DNA of 62,915 bases, the filler included, from Octopus bimaculoides (lineage: Eukaryota): the NCBI RefSeq assembly GCF_001194135.2. It is 3 parts of 3 records of this genome, joined end to end, with 100 filler letters (N's around TTAATTAATTAA, not from the genome) between each part and the next. Parts side by side here need not be neighbours in the genome. Positions count along the whole stretch, not along the records: positions 1 to 30,256 come from NC_068989.1; 2 more parts are not named here. One strand, 5' to 3'. Below, one piece after another: positions 1-10,969 of this stretch; within the stretch, counting starts at the first letter, position 1, and every line of letters starts with the position of its first letter. The translations under genes and the position numbers were made by a program. The notes beneath the pieces were generated by a model. It did not search any database. It saw only the letters and a program-made list of their open reading frames with translations, and had not been told where the DNA came from.

Positions 1-1185
1 ATATCAGAAAATTAAGAGAATCAGGAGGATGACAGTTCATAGTGATTCGGCACAGACATATACTTCATACAGTTAATGTTGTTCATGATATAGAGTAGAA
101 TTTGAATGGTCTTTCATGTTGTTTCAATCCAGATATGTAAGTAAAATACATGGGATCACTAGTGATACTCTCGCAAGTAATAGATAAGAAAGTGTGATTT
201 CCTAGCCATTGCTAACTCAAAAAAAAAGAAGAAAAAAAATGCTGTTCAGCAGTTAAAAAGAAAAGATCTGTAATAAATTTAATACATTAAAATATCCGTT
301 TCTCTTATTCGAAATACCCAAGTTCATTTTTGTATTTTCCCGCATTGTTCTCAAATCGTCAGTCGAAGTCATTTTATATCTATTTTGCTTGTGCGTGTGA
401 AAGTAAAAATATTTATTAATTACTGTAATTAAGCTATTTTATTTGGGCCAGTGTTTATAGAGAAAATAAGCTTAAAGAGATGTCATATGGAGAGATAACT
501 ACTGAATATAATAATTGACCATTTTAAACTTTATATTTTTGTTCTGCTCTGATTACATTTTATAAATACCCTAAATTTCACATGCCAGCGCTTCATTCGT
601 TTGATGAGAGATAACCTAATTCCCTTTAACTTACAGGGAGTGTCTTTTGCATATTATTTTCTGAATTCTTTTAGTTTTTTTTATATTTTTTTGTAATATT
701 TATTGTTTGTTAATATATTTATTTATACCGTGCTTTTATTACAAGAGCTTTAATCAAATGTTTCGTTATTCGTTAAGATGTGATACTGAACAAAGAAAGG
801 CTCCATCCACATTTAAACGTAGCCATGAACTGTGGTATCGTTTCTTTGAGTCTTCTAATTTTATAAACTGAAACGATGTAAAAAAAAAATGTTCACCCGT
901 AAACTTAAAGTCTTTAACGTCAATTGAATATCCGAGAAGAATCGCACAAAGTCAATAATTACGTTGGAAGGGTGTTACTCAACACCATTGACCCCAGTAT
1001 TGCACTTTTTAAAGACTTACTCAAACGATGCACATTAAAAATTAACATGGTAGAACTAAACAGTACATAATAATTGATATGAAAATATATGTAACAGCTG
1101 GGTTATAATGTAGCAGGTGAAGCAAAAAAGCCTCTTGCATTTCACAGATTGATAAACGTTTTAGCAGCAAGTACAAATTAGGCAC

Positions 1186-1492
1186 AAGGCCAGCAATTTT
1201 GGGGAGGGGGTTAAGTCGATAACACCGACTCCAGTGTTCGACTGGTACTTATTTTATCGGCCCAATAGTAAAAAAAAACGTAAAACATTAGCTGGCTGGC
1301 TGGATGGATGGATGGAAGGATGGATGGATGGACGGACGGACGATAGATGATAGGTAGTCTCTCACGATCCGAGAAAGACGGTTCTGCAAGGTGAGATGAA
1401 GTATTTGGTTCAAGAATACAATATACCACCCGATCCAGAAATTGAAACCATGACCTCGCGATCGTGAGGGCAACAACCTAACCACGAGACTA
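1186..1492 (-). mobile_element. tRNA-derived SINE, degenerate, with internal (GGAT)n-type microsatellite
   Basis: The reverse complement has a tRNA-like head (gtctcgtggttagg...gaggtcatggtttcaatttctgg) and the same 3' tail (gggccgataaaataagtaccagt...gctggccttgtgcct) as other SINE copies in the window. Confidence 0.65.
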
Positions 1493-2274
1493 ATCTACGT
1501 GAATTACGCCATTATTATTTGCTTAACTTCAGTAGCGCTACACCAACCGCAGTTTAAAATATGGCAGGTTTTTTTTCCCGTACTCTGTACATTATGAGGA
1601 TCACTAATAAATAATTCTTCGTTAATAACCATTGGGAATGTTAACGAACAATTAAACAAAGCTGGTAATTTGTTTGTTCCTTCTTACTATTTATCGCGCA
1701 TTTTGCCGATTATTTATTTATTTATTTATTTATTTTGCCTTCCGAGACACTAGAATCCTCCATGAGTCAATGAGTGATCTACGTAGTCGCTCAACCTGGT
1801 GAAAATAGTAGCAAAATTTCTGTCAAAGTAACTCTGCCCTTTGAAAAACAAAATAAAAAGAAAGAACGCAGTGAATAATGAGTTTTAAACATATTAGGTC
1901 TGAATGGAAGATGGGATCGTCACAACTAGAACATCCATGATTATTGAACTGCTTTATCAGAGCCAATCTGGCACTAAACCTCAACTAAAATTATCCATGT
2001 AGCAGAAAATTGTGGAAACTTGCCGTGTATAAGTCAATAAATTTAATTCTTCTCATTTATCTTAAGAGTTTTCATTTGGTTTCATCAAGGAAAACATCAA
2101 TGTATCAATATTATCTGACAGCAAAACTTATGGAAACTATCCTTTTATCTTCAGTTGGGAAGCTCACCTCAACTGTGCCAAAGCGTCTGCCGCGGACGAC
2201 ATAAGTTTCTATTTCCCAGACTAGTCTTAGGCATTTTTCGATCTGGGCTTGTGTCGCTCACTCCAGTTTTTTGA

Positions 2275-3652
2275 CGAAATGGTGATGAGACAAGGAAGAT
2301 TGTCAGGACAGAAGGCATATGGATGCCAAGTGGTGAAATGATAAAGGTAATTGAACCTCAATCCAGTTATAGATACCTGGGAATACTTGAGGTAGATGGA
2401 ATTAAACACAACGATATGAAAGAAAAGACAAAGAGAAGAGTACCTGCGGCAAATGAGAAAAATAATGTAAAAAACATTATTTTGGCAATAAACTGGTGCG
2501 CAGTCGTAGTAGTTCGGTATGGCGCTAGAATCCTGAAACGGACAGAGGAAGAGATAAAAGATATGGACAGGAAATCAAGAAAGCTTCTAACGATGCATGG
2601 AGTCCATCATCCACGTGCAGATACTGATCACCTATACATGAAGAAAGCAAATGGCAGAAGGGGCTGATAAGTGTGGAAGATTGCGTATGTATCGAACTCG
2701 AGAGCTTAATGAGATACCTAGCCCAAAGTAAGGAAACTTCGCTAGCATCAGTTAGGAATGAGGGATTATTGAAAGCAGAGAAAATGGAAAACAAAGAAAG
2801 TACAAAAAGAACATGAAGAAGAATTACGCAGTAAGAGACTACACAATAAATTCCGTGTAGGCACAACAGAAGTTGCTGGAAAACATAGGTGGGATTGGCT
2901 GAAGAAAAGAACACTAAACAGACTGAGACACCATACTGGCAGAGCAAGACCAAGCTTTGCCTACGAACTGGAGAGTCAACCTTAGGAATGAGCAAATGTC
3001 TGTTATGCCGCATCTGAAACAAAATGGACGAAATCATTGCCCATATCACGAACGAATGCCCTAGACTTGCTCAAAACCACTACAAGTTGTGGTGACACGA
3101 TCAGGTAGCGAAAGTGCTACATTGGAAACTGTGCGAAAAGTGCGAGCGAGAGAAAGGCACGATGTGATATGAGCACAAACAGTAGATAGTGGCAGAGTCG
3201 GAGACTTGCAAAATCCCCTGGGATTTCCTAATCCAAACAGATCAGGTGCTACAGCATAACAGACCGAACTTAGTATTGGTCGACACGTGCTATATAGTTG
3301 ATATTACGTGCCTATTTGAGCCACGAATAGTCAAGAAGGGAGGCGAGAAAATAGATAAATACAACCCTCTTAATTACGAAATAGCCCGGCTATGGAAAAT
3401 GAAGAAGGTGAAGATAGTGCCAATTATTGTTGGGGACAGTATCAGAAGGCACTAAGAGGAATATAAAGGAAATTGGAATAGAGTGCCCAGTAGAACTGTC
3501 ACAATAGGTTTGCCTCCGTGGCACGGCCAGAATAATCAGGAAAGTATTAGATAGTTGAAAAGAACAGATAGCATGGTACCGTAGGCTGCAGGCAGCAAGC
3601 CCGCTACGCATGCAAGACTCCAGGAGTTCCAACAAAACTTGTGATAAAAAGA
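2275..3652 (+). mobile_element. R4/Dong-clade non-LTR retrotransposon, 5'-truncated and decayed (RT C-terminus, CCHC finger, restriction-like endonuclease)
   Basis: Translated pieces include SYRYLGILE, MDRKSRKLLTMHGVHHPRADTDHLY..GRRG, a degenerate C-x2-C..ET..H finger, and KIPWDFLIQTD..HNRPNLVLVD...EKIDKY...VPIIVG. These match the R4/Dong RT+RLE layout. The 3' end runs into (TAA)n. Confidence 0.85.

Positions 3653-3711
<59 letters not shown>
3653..3711. repeat. (AAT)n microsatellite joining two R4/Dong copies
   Basis: About 19-20 perfect AAT units are visible in the sequence. Confidence 0.95.
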
Positions 3712-3713
<2 letters not shown>

Positions 3714-4551
3714 TACAGCAAGGATATAGAAATGGAATTCGAGACTTCAAACTGTGCATTGCTCACTTTGAAACGGGAGAAAAGAACAGATTGTAGAGGC
3801 ATAGAACTGCCGAACGGAGAACAAATGAGAGACTCGGATGGTGGTGGGTACAAGTATCTTGAGATCCTGGAGCTGGACAATATCTTGCACAGAGAAATGA
3901 AAGACAAGGTTATCACTGTATATTTGAAGTGCCTCAAACTTCTCTTGAAGTCAACAACCAATGCAAGGAACCTTGTGACTACCATCAACATATGGGCTGT
4001 TGCGGTAGTCTGCTATAATGTACCCATTCTGAAATAGACACGAGCGGAGATTGACCAGCTTGATCGCACTACCCGAAAGACGATGACAATGTACAGTGCC
4101 CTCCACTCTAAGGCGAACGTACATAGGCTGTACATGAAGAGGTGTAAAGGTGGACGTAGCCTGACCAGGGTACAAGAGTGCTTCGACAGTGAAAGAAATG
4201 TGACATGGTCTTTGGTAAACAAGGAACAAGACCTGCTGCAGTATGCTGCTCATGTAGAAGGATTTACCAACAATGGAGTTGAGAGTGCTAATGAATTCTG
4301 GTCTGGAATAGCCAACGAAAGAGAAGAAATACTACACCGCGTGGAATTACATGGTCAGTTCCACAGTTAAACTAACAACTTAAAAGACCCGGAAGCATCG
4401 TGAAGGTGGCACAGCAAAGGTGACCTTAAAAAGAAGGCGGAAAGTTTTCTTTTAAGGTCACTGCCTAGAACCAGGCATTGAATACCAACTCAATGAAAAG
4501 GGATATATATNNNNNNNNNNNNNNNNNNNNNNNNNNNNNNNNNNNNNNNNN

Positions 4552-4582
<31 letters not shown>

Positions 4583-5285
4583 ACACAAGTGCAACGAACC
4601 TTTGTAGACAGTGTGGAAAGAAGGTCAAAAGCGTGACTTACATTGTTAGTGCTTGTAAAAGTCTTGCGCAGAAAGTGAACAAATGCAGACACAACAAGGT
4701 AGCCCAAAACCTTCATTGGCTACTGTGCCTCGTATGGATACGAGGTAACGGGTGCTTGGTACCAACATACACTGGAAAAGGTAATGGACGAAAGCAGGAA
4801 GGCAAAGATCTTCTGGGGCTTTGACTTCCACAGAGACAAGGTGTTAGAGCACTGAAGGCCGGATACAGTAGTCTTTAGGAGGGACAATCAAGAGTGTCTA
4901 ATAATTGACGTGGCAGTGCCAGGAGATCATGATATTATCAACAAAGAAAGAGAAAAGATCAACAAATATAGAGACCTAAAATTGAGATCTCCAATATGTG
5001 GCAGCTGCGAGAGTCAAACAAAGATTATTACTGTTGTTAGCGGAGCATTGGGTTCAATATCACCTAACATGAAGAAACATCTGGACACTTTAGAAATATC
5101 CTACAAATCTTGGTATATTGCAAAACTCAGATTTACTCGGAACTGCTCGCATACAGCGTAAAGTACTATCTGTCTGAGGTCTTTGTTGTAACTTAACAGA
5201 CAGTACAAATCCTTGATACACACAATATCTTCAATCTACGACATCACAATATTGGATACTACAAGACATCTTAATAATAATAATA
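3712..5285 (+). mobile_element. Second R4/Dong-clade LINE, 5'-truncated and decayed; internal (TA)n plus N gap at 4503-4580; short (TAA) tail
   Basis: Motifs YSKDIEMEF, GYKYLEILELD, TINIWAVAVV, ALHSKANVHRLYMKRCKGGRSL, RHNKVAQNLHWLLC, IIDVAVPGD..KEREKINKY, VSGALGSIS. The 3' UTR differs from copy 1. Confidence 0.85.
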
Positions 5286-5581
5286 ACAAATTTTCAAAGT
5301 TTAGCACAAGACCTGCAATTATAGGAGTGCTTTAAACTTTATACATTTCACTGACTACATTTTAAAAGTACCCTAAATCTCGCATGCCAGCACTTCGTTC
5401 ATTTGATGAACAATAACCTAGTTACCTTTAACTTACAGGGAGTGTTTTCCGTATTATATTTTCTGATTTCTTTCAGCTAGTTTATTTAATAGTTATTGTA
5501 TTATTCAACATATTTATTTATTCATCTTTACGTTCTGAGTTCAAATTCCGCCGAGGTTGACTTTGCCATAATTTGAAACCA

Positions 5582-5908
5582 ATATATTCGGATCTTTTTT
5601 GGCTTTCATTTTTCAATTACTTCAATTTTGGTTCAACTGATTTCAAATTTGGTGTACAGATGTAGTTTTGTATGCTAATTATGGAAATGAAATTAATTGC
5701 CTTAAATTAATAAACAAAGAGTTAATAGCTTTTAAAGCTTGCAAATTTGGAGCAATCTTCGGCAACTGAAAGCCACAGATATATAGGTGCCTGTTTCCAT
5801 AGTAACAAACCAAACTCTCATGTAGTTTGCATAACCGTCTGTATTTTCGTAATTTAACGTTCTCGCTACAAAATATGATCCTTATATTTATATAAAAGAT
5901 CCATATAT
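5582..5908. mobile_element. Possible MITE-like insertion with imperfect terminal inverted repeats
   Basis: Ends read atattcggatcttttt / aaaagatccatatat. It interrupts a block that is contiguous in the related copy at 516-797. Confidence 0.35.
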
Positions 5909-7043
5909 TTATTCAGTCTGTGTTTTGAACACAAAGAGTACTACTCAAATATTCAAGATTATTCGTTAAAATTTTGATACAAAACCAATATAAGGGCTTC
6001 ATCCACATTTAAATCTTGCTTCTTAGTTGAATACCATCCAAGGAACCATAAAGAACATTTTAAGTTTCTTTTATCTTTTATCTTTCACTTGTTTCAGTCA
6101 TTGCACTGCGGCCATACTGGAGCACCACCATCAAGGATTTAGTCGAACAAATAGTGCTAGTGAAGTTATGCTGGTGATAATGGTGTATTCATGTAGCTAA
6201 TGTTTTAACGTTTTTTTTTAAATTTTGTTTTTATTGCTATGTAACTATCCAACCAGATACATGAACTAATTGTAAATTGAACGTTTTCGCCGTAGATCGA
6301 CGTGTTTAATGTGGAGTGGTTGTAACTTCATTAACTATGCACGTACTCGTAAAGAATTAAATATTGACATTTATGATGTCAACAAAATACAAAAATGTGA
6401 TGATCGCGGCATAAATGATATGTGTCTGTTAAACAGTTTTCTAAGAAATGAAAATTAAAACAAGAATAGAGGGAATCAAGGCTGAAATGTTTTATGCACA
6501 GAAATGCACTAAGGCGGGAATTACTTTATTAAAAGATATTAAAGCCCTTGATTTAAACAGCTTTTTTTAATGATGGCTAATGAAATCAAGGAAATTGCTG
6601 AACGAAATTTTAAATTATAGTTAAGTACATTGATAAAACAGTTGTATGCAGAATAACCGAGTTATTTCTCTGAGTAAGAAGATAGATTCTTAATAGCTAT
6701 ACTTTTACAAAAGCTACAAAGAAAGCTTGGTCACGAGTATCAACTGTAGGTAGATTTAGTACTTTTAAATTTTTGTATGTCACGTAAATTGATTGTTTGT
6801 TGTTTGTTTTGGATATATGATAAGGGGTCAACAGTCGGGTCGTGTGGAATATAATCCGTTTCATTTATTGCAAGTGATTAAGTTTCTGTTAAGGACGAGA
6901 ATCAGCAGTTTAGCAAAGGATATTGTGGTCTGGTTGATATCAAAGGTTTTCTATTATTTCAATGACCTCAGAGAGAGGGAAGAGGGTGGTGCAAGAAAGG
7001 GAGAGGAGAGAGAGAAAGGGGTGAGTCTATAAGTGCATTCATA

Positions 7044-7084
<41 letters not shown>

Positions 7085-8021
7085 ACGCGCGTGCGCGAGT
7101 GCGGTTTATGAATGATAGTGGGTGAGACCCTCAGCTGTGAACAGTAACAATAAAAGAAACCACTTGAAATATCATTAGATCCGCCGTGGTAGTTGTTTGG
7201 ATGGTTCCTCCCTTAACATAGATGTTTTTAGTGGAAATAATTGTAAATGAGTGGCAACTTAATCTGAATAGAATGTGAGATTGACTGAATGACGGAGGGA
7301 CAAGAAAGACTAAGTAGATTGTGTATGCGTTTGTGTGTACGCACCCCCACCATTCCCACTCCCCTTTAACCGCTGGATATATACGTAATTACATATTATA
7401 TAGACGGTGTCAATGTACAGGCCAGATTGAAAGGACTCTCTAAAGTAGCTAATTAGTGTGAGTGTGAGCACTTGACTTGCTGTCATTATGTCGACGGTTC
7501 ATTAAAAGGATTGCTGTTCTTAGAATAATGTATGTGATTATGGACATTCTTCTCCGTCACCAACCTTGACGAATCTTTACTTACCCTGTAGTGACATACC
7601 AAGATGACTGATGACAGCCAACACATCAACATAAACGATGAATAACAATCAGAAGTTCAACTAAACATCAATATTTTCTTTAGATCTCTATCCCACGTTT
7701 TTACCTCGAGCCCGGTGATCCTTAACTTGATAGGTAGATATCCGTTTGTTTTTGTTTTTTTTTGGTACTGTTTAGTTAGTGTGGGAAGAGCAGTTTTCAT
7801 AATCCTTTATTTTTGTCAGGCTTCCAACACTATTGGGATGAAGGAAGGTTTTCTTCTGATTGATGGCTTGGATTGAATCCTTTCAATAGAGTAAAACTTC
7901 GCTTAAGGCACCCAGGTCTCAGTTGGTGGTATTAAACCGGGCAATAAATTAAGACTACTATCCAAGAATTCAGAATACAAATAGCCTTGAATAGAGCAAA
8001 TGTGTTTTGCAAGGACCATTG

Positions 8022-8072
<51 letters not shown>

Positions 8073-8276
8073 AGTATTTTCGTGACATCAAAAATTATGG
8101 TAAATATATCTATCATCAAAGACTGCGCATCAAATCAAAATGGGAGGTGAAACCATTGATGAATTTCTTACCTAAAATCTCAACACATTGTATTTAATAG
8201 TAAAATCTTGCACTTTGATTTTAGCCAAAAGGTTGTGTAGCAATGACGAAAAAAAAACCGTAACTTAAAATGGGTG

Positions 8277-9363
8277 TGTAGTGAAACCTCTCTCTCGGGC
8301 ATTCAATCACAAATGATAACGAAGCGGCTAACATCTAGCCTTCGGCTGCCGTGTCCACCACCCTGATTGGTTCTTATTTGCGTGGCAATTGTCTACAGTT
8401 CTGTTTCGCGCCAGGGTGTATACCGTCCAATCGTGGCCTTCTAATAAGGTCACGTGAGAGAGTGCTTTTCTGCTGTTCCGGTGAGCCCCTGTTCATCTAT
8501 AAATAAGCCTGTTTGAACCACGCCAGTTTGTCTTCGATTTCAGACCTCTCACAGGTCTGGTCGCTGACCACACACAGAACACAGCTACAGCCAGTTTCCA
8601 GCGACGACATCATCACCACCCATGTACTGTTTACCACAATGTCGTCGCCAGCAGCACCACCACCAGAGTACACGCTAACAACAACAACCGCGGTTTTCAT
8701 CTCGACACTGTTTGAGTGGATTGTTTCCACCACGAAATTTAACTGCCAGAACCAACCTGCGAGAATCTTCTGTACCAGGTAACCGGTCGCAGCATCGACG
8801 CACAACATGTGGAACCACAGCTCTGCTCCTCGATCACAACTTCCTGAGTATAGCCATTCAACTGTGTAACTCTTATACGAACTGGTATTTTCTCTATCTT
8901 CGTTCAGGACGCTTATCTACTGTGTTACAGACACTCTTTCAATGCTCTGTATTCCTCATTCACACATACACACATTATTGTATACATACATATTGTACAC
9001 ACACTCTTGCTTATACGACGGTCCCGTCATTCATATTGTTGTATACATACTCTTGTACAAGAAGGCCTGTCATACACATTGTATGCCGCATGCACGCACA
9101 CACAAACACACTGTTCACTATGTTAATAAATCTACCCTTCATATATATCTAACGGTTATCTGTCACTCTGTCTCTCTCTTTCCTTTACTGACACTCGCTT
9201 GCATCATCTCTCATTGCGAGCCTTCATATGTTATATAACATGGTTTTGTGTTCGACCGTGCGACGCGTTTAAAGGAGCCATCTACCGTTCGTCGCCATCT
9301 CCCGTTCGTCGCCATCTCCCGTTCGTCGCCATCTCCTCTGGTTCGCACGGTCGTTCTTTTACA
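8277..9363 (+). mobile_element. Solo LTR of a different retroelement nested inside the 5' LTR
   Basis: TGTA...TACA termini and near-identical 4-bp flanks GGTG/GGTT. It is absent from the 3' LTR at the homologous site (atgggtg|atttccc). It contains ATTGG/CCAAT (8366, 8427), TATAAATA (8498) and AATAAA (9125). Confidence 0.8.
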
Positions 9364-10083
9364 GGTTTTTTCCCTTGATTGGAATCATGGAGTAAATTCG
9401 GATTATCACCCTTAAACTATAATTTGTTCCCAGCAATTTTGGATCAATTGATTTAGTCCACTTGAGGGCACTTCTAATTATATAACTATTGTTTTGTTTC
9501 CACAACAATAAACGGTTACCTTTTCACCTGCGGCTGTCATCTTTCGTGATGCACCATGTTTGATCCATAACAGTTGCACTGTGTTTTGTGTGTGTGCACA
9601 TTCAATACACAAAGTTACTCTGTTCAGCCTTACTGGCTTCAGTACATAAGTCAGTAAGGCCGATGGTGCCATTTTCTTTCAGCTTCGCACCGCATCTCGA
9701 TGTTTATGAACGATTAACTAGTATCATTGGACAACCTCCAACATTGGTAACCCGACAAACGCACACGAAAAAGTGATATCTGAAGGAATTTTGATATCGA
9801 CACCCGGAATGCTACATATCTACCTTTTCTTTACATCACGTGGTGTACAGCTCTTTTTCATCTCTGGTATCGCTTGTTACCATTTCAAAGGTAATTTTCA
9901 CTTTTCATTACCAAGATTTCCTGGTTCCCAGCCTCCTTCACAATAATCTTTTTTATATTTCGAATTCAAGTCCAACGGCAGTACGCTCGCCTTTCGTTTC
10001 GTTCGCCTTTCTTCCGCCTCACCTGTTCTTTCTGATCGTTTCATCTTCGGTGAATTTCTGCTGCACATCACTGTCACAAAAGC

Positions 10084-10965
10084 ATGAGTACTACCTCTAT
10101 TCCAGCATATGCAGGCGATACTAAGCTGTGGTTTGCCCAACTCGATTCTCATTTTGCTGCAAATGGCATACAGTCTTCACAACAGAAAATGCACATCCTA
10201 ATTAGTGGTATTCCTACTTCTTTAGCTGCTACCATAAAGCATCTCATTACCGACCCTCCACAAGACACCTCTTATGATTCTTTCAAATCAGAAGTTCTGA
10301 GACGGAACTCCAAGTCATCAGAAAGTCGGTGCCGCACCCTACTTCAGGATGAACATCTTGGAGATAGGACGACTTCTGAGTTTTTTTTGTTTTTTTTTAG
10401 GCGGGTTCGTGAACTCAGCGACGCCACACCTGAGGACAGCTCGTTCGTCAAGAAGTTGTTCTTCTCCCGGCTGCCAAACAATGTACGGACGATACTGGCT
10501 AATATGGTTGACACAAGTACTATCGGCCAAATTGCCGCCTCATCGGACAGGATTAAAGAGCTTTCTCATAGTCCCACCATGGCAGATAGAGTCGTTGCTT
10601 CTTCTTCTTCTTCTTCTTCTTCTTCTTCTTCTTCTTCTTCTTCTTCTTCTTCTTCTTCTTCTTCTTCTTCTTCTTCTTCTTCTTCTTCTTCTTCTTCTTC
10701 TTCTTCTTCTTCTTCTTCTTCTTCTTCGTCTCCTACGTCACAGCCTACCTCAACAGGCGAAGATGCCACGTTAAGAGCCATTGAACGCTTAACACACGAA
10801 CTCGCTAAACTGTCTCGCGCACGTGTGACATTTCAGCATCACTCGCATATTCGTTCTTCTTCTTACCACCGTTCCAGCCCCGCCGCCATCAGTTCCTCAC
10901 TGTGTTGGTACCACTCAAGGTCTAAAGAGAACGCACGTCAGTGTGTTAATTTGGGGCATCAGTAA
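10084..10965 (+). pseudogene. gag: Gypsy gag ORF (CsRn1-type) with in-frame poly-Ser expansion
   Basis: KLWFAQLDSHFAANGI N-terminus, LGDRTTSEF..., and a C-terminal CWYH..NARQC (CHCC-like motif typical of CsRn1 gag, last Cys lost). (TCT)n lies at 10598-10727. Confidence 0.8.
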
Positions 10966-10969
10966 ACTG

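Noticed and set aside
6364-6382. TTGACAT-TTATG-ATGTCAA palindrome resembling a TALE/Hox composite site
   Set aside because: Too short to distinguish from chance without conservation data.
8513-9238. Overlapping ORFs inside the solo LTR
   Set aside because: No domain similarity recognised; they are low-complexity LTR sequence.
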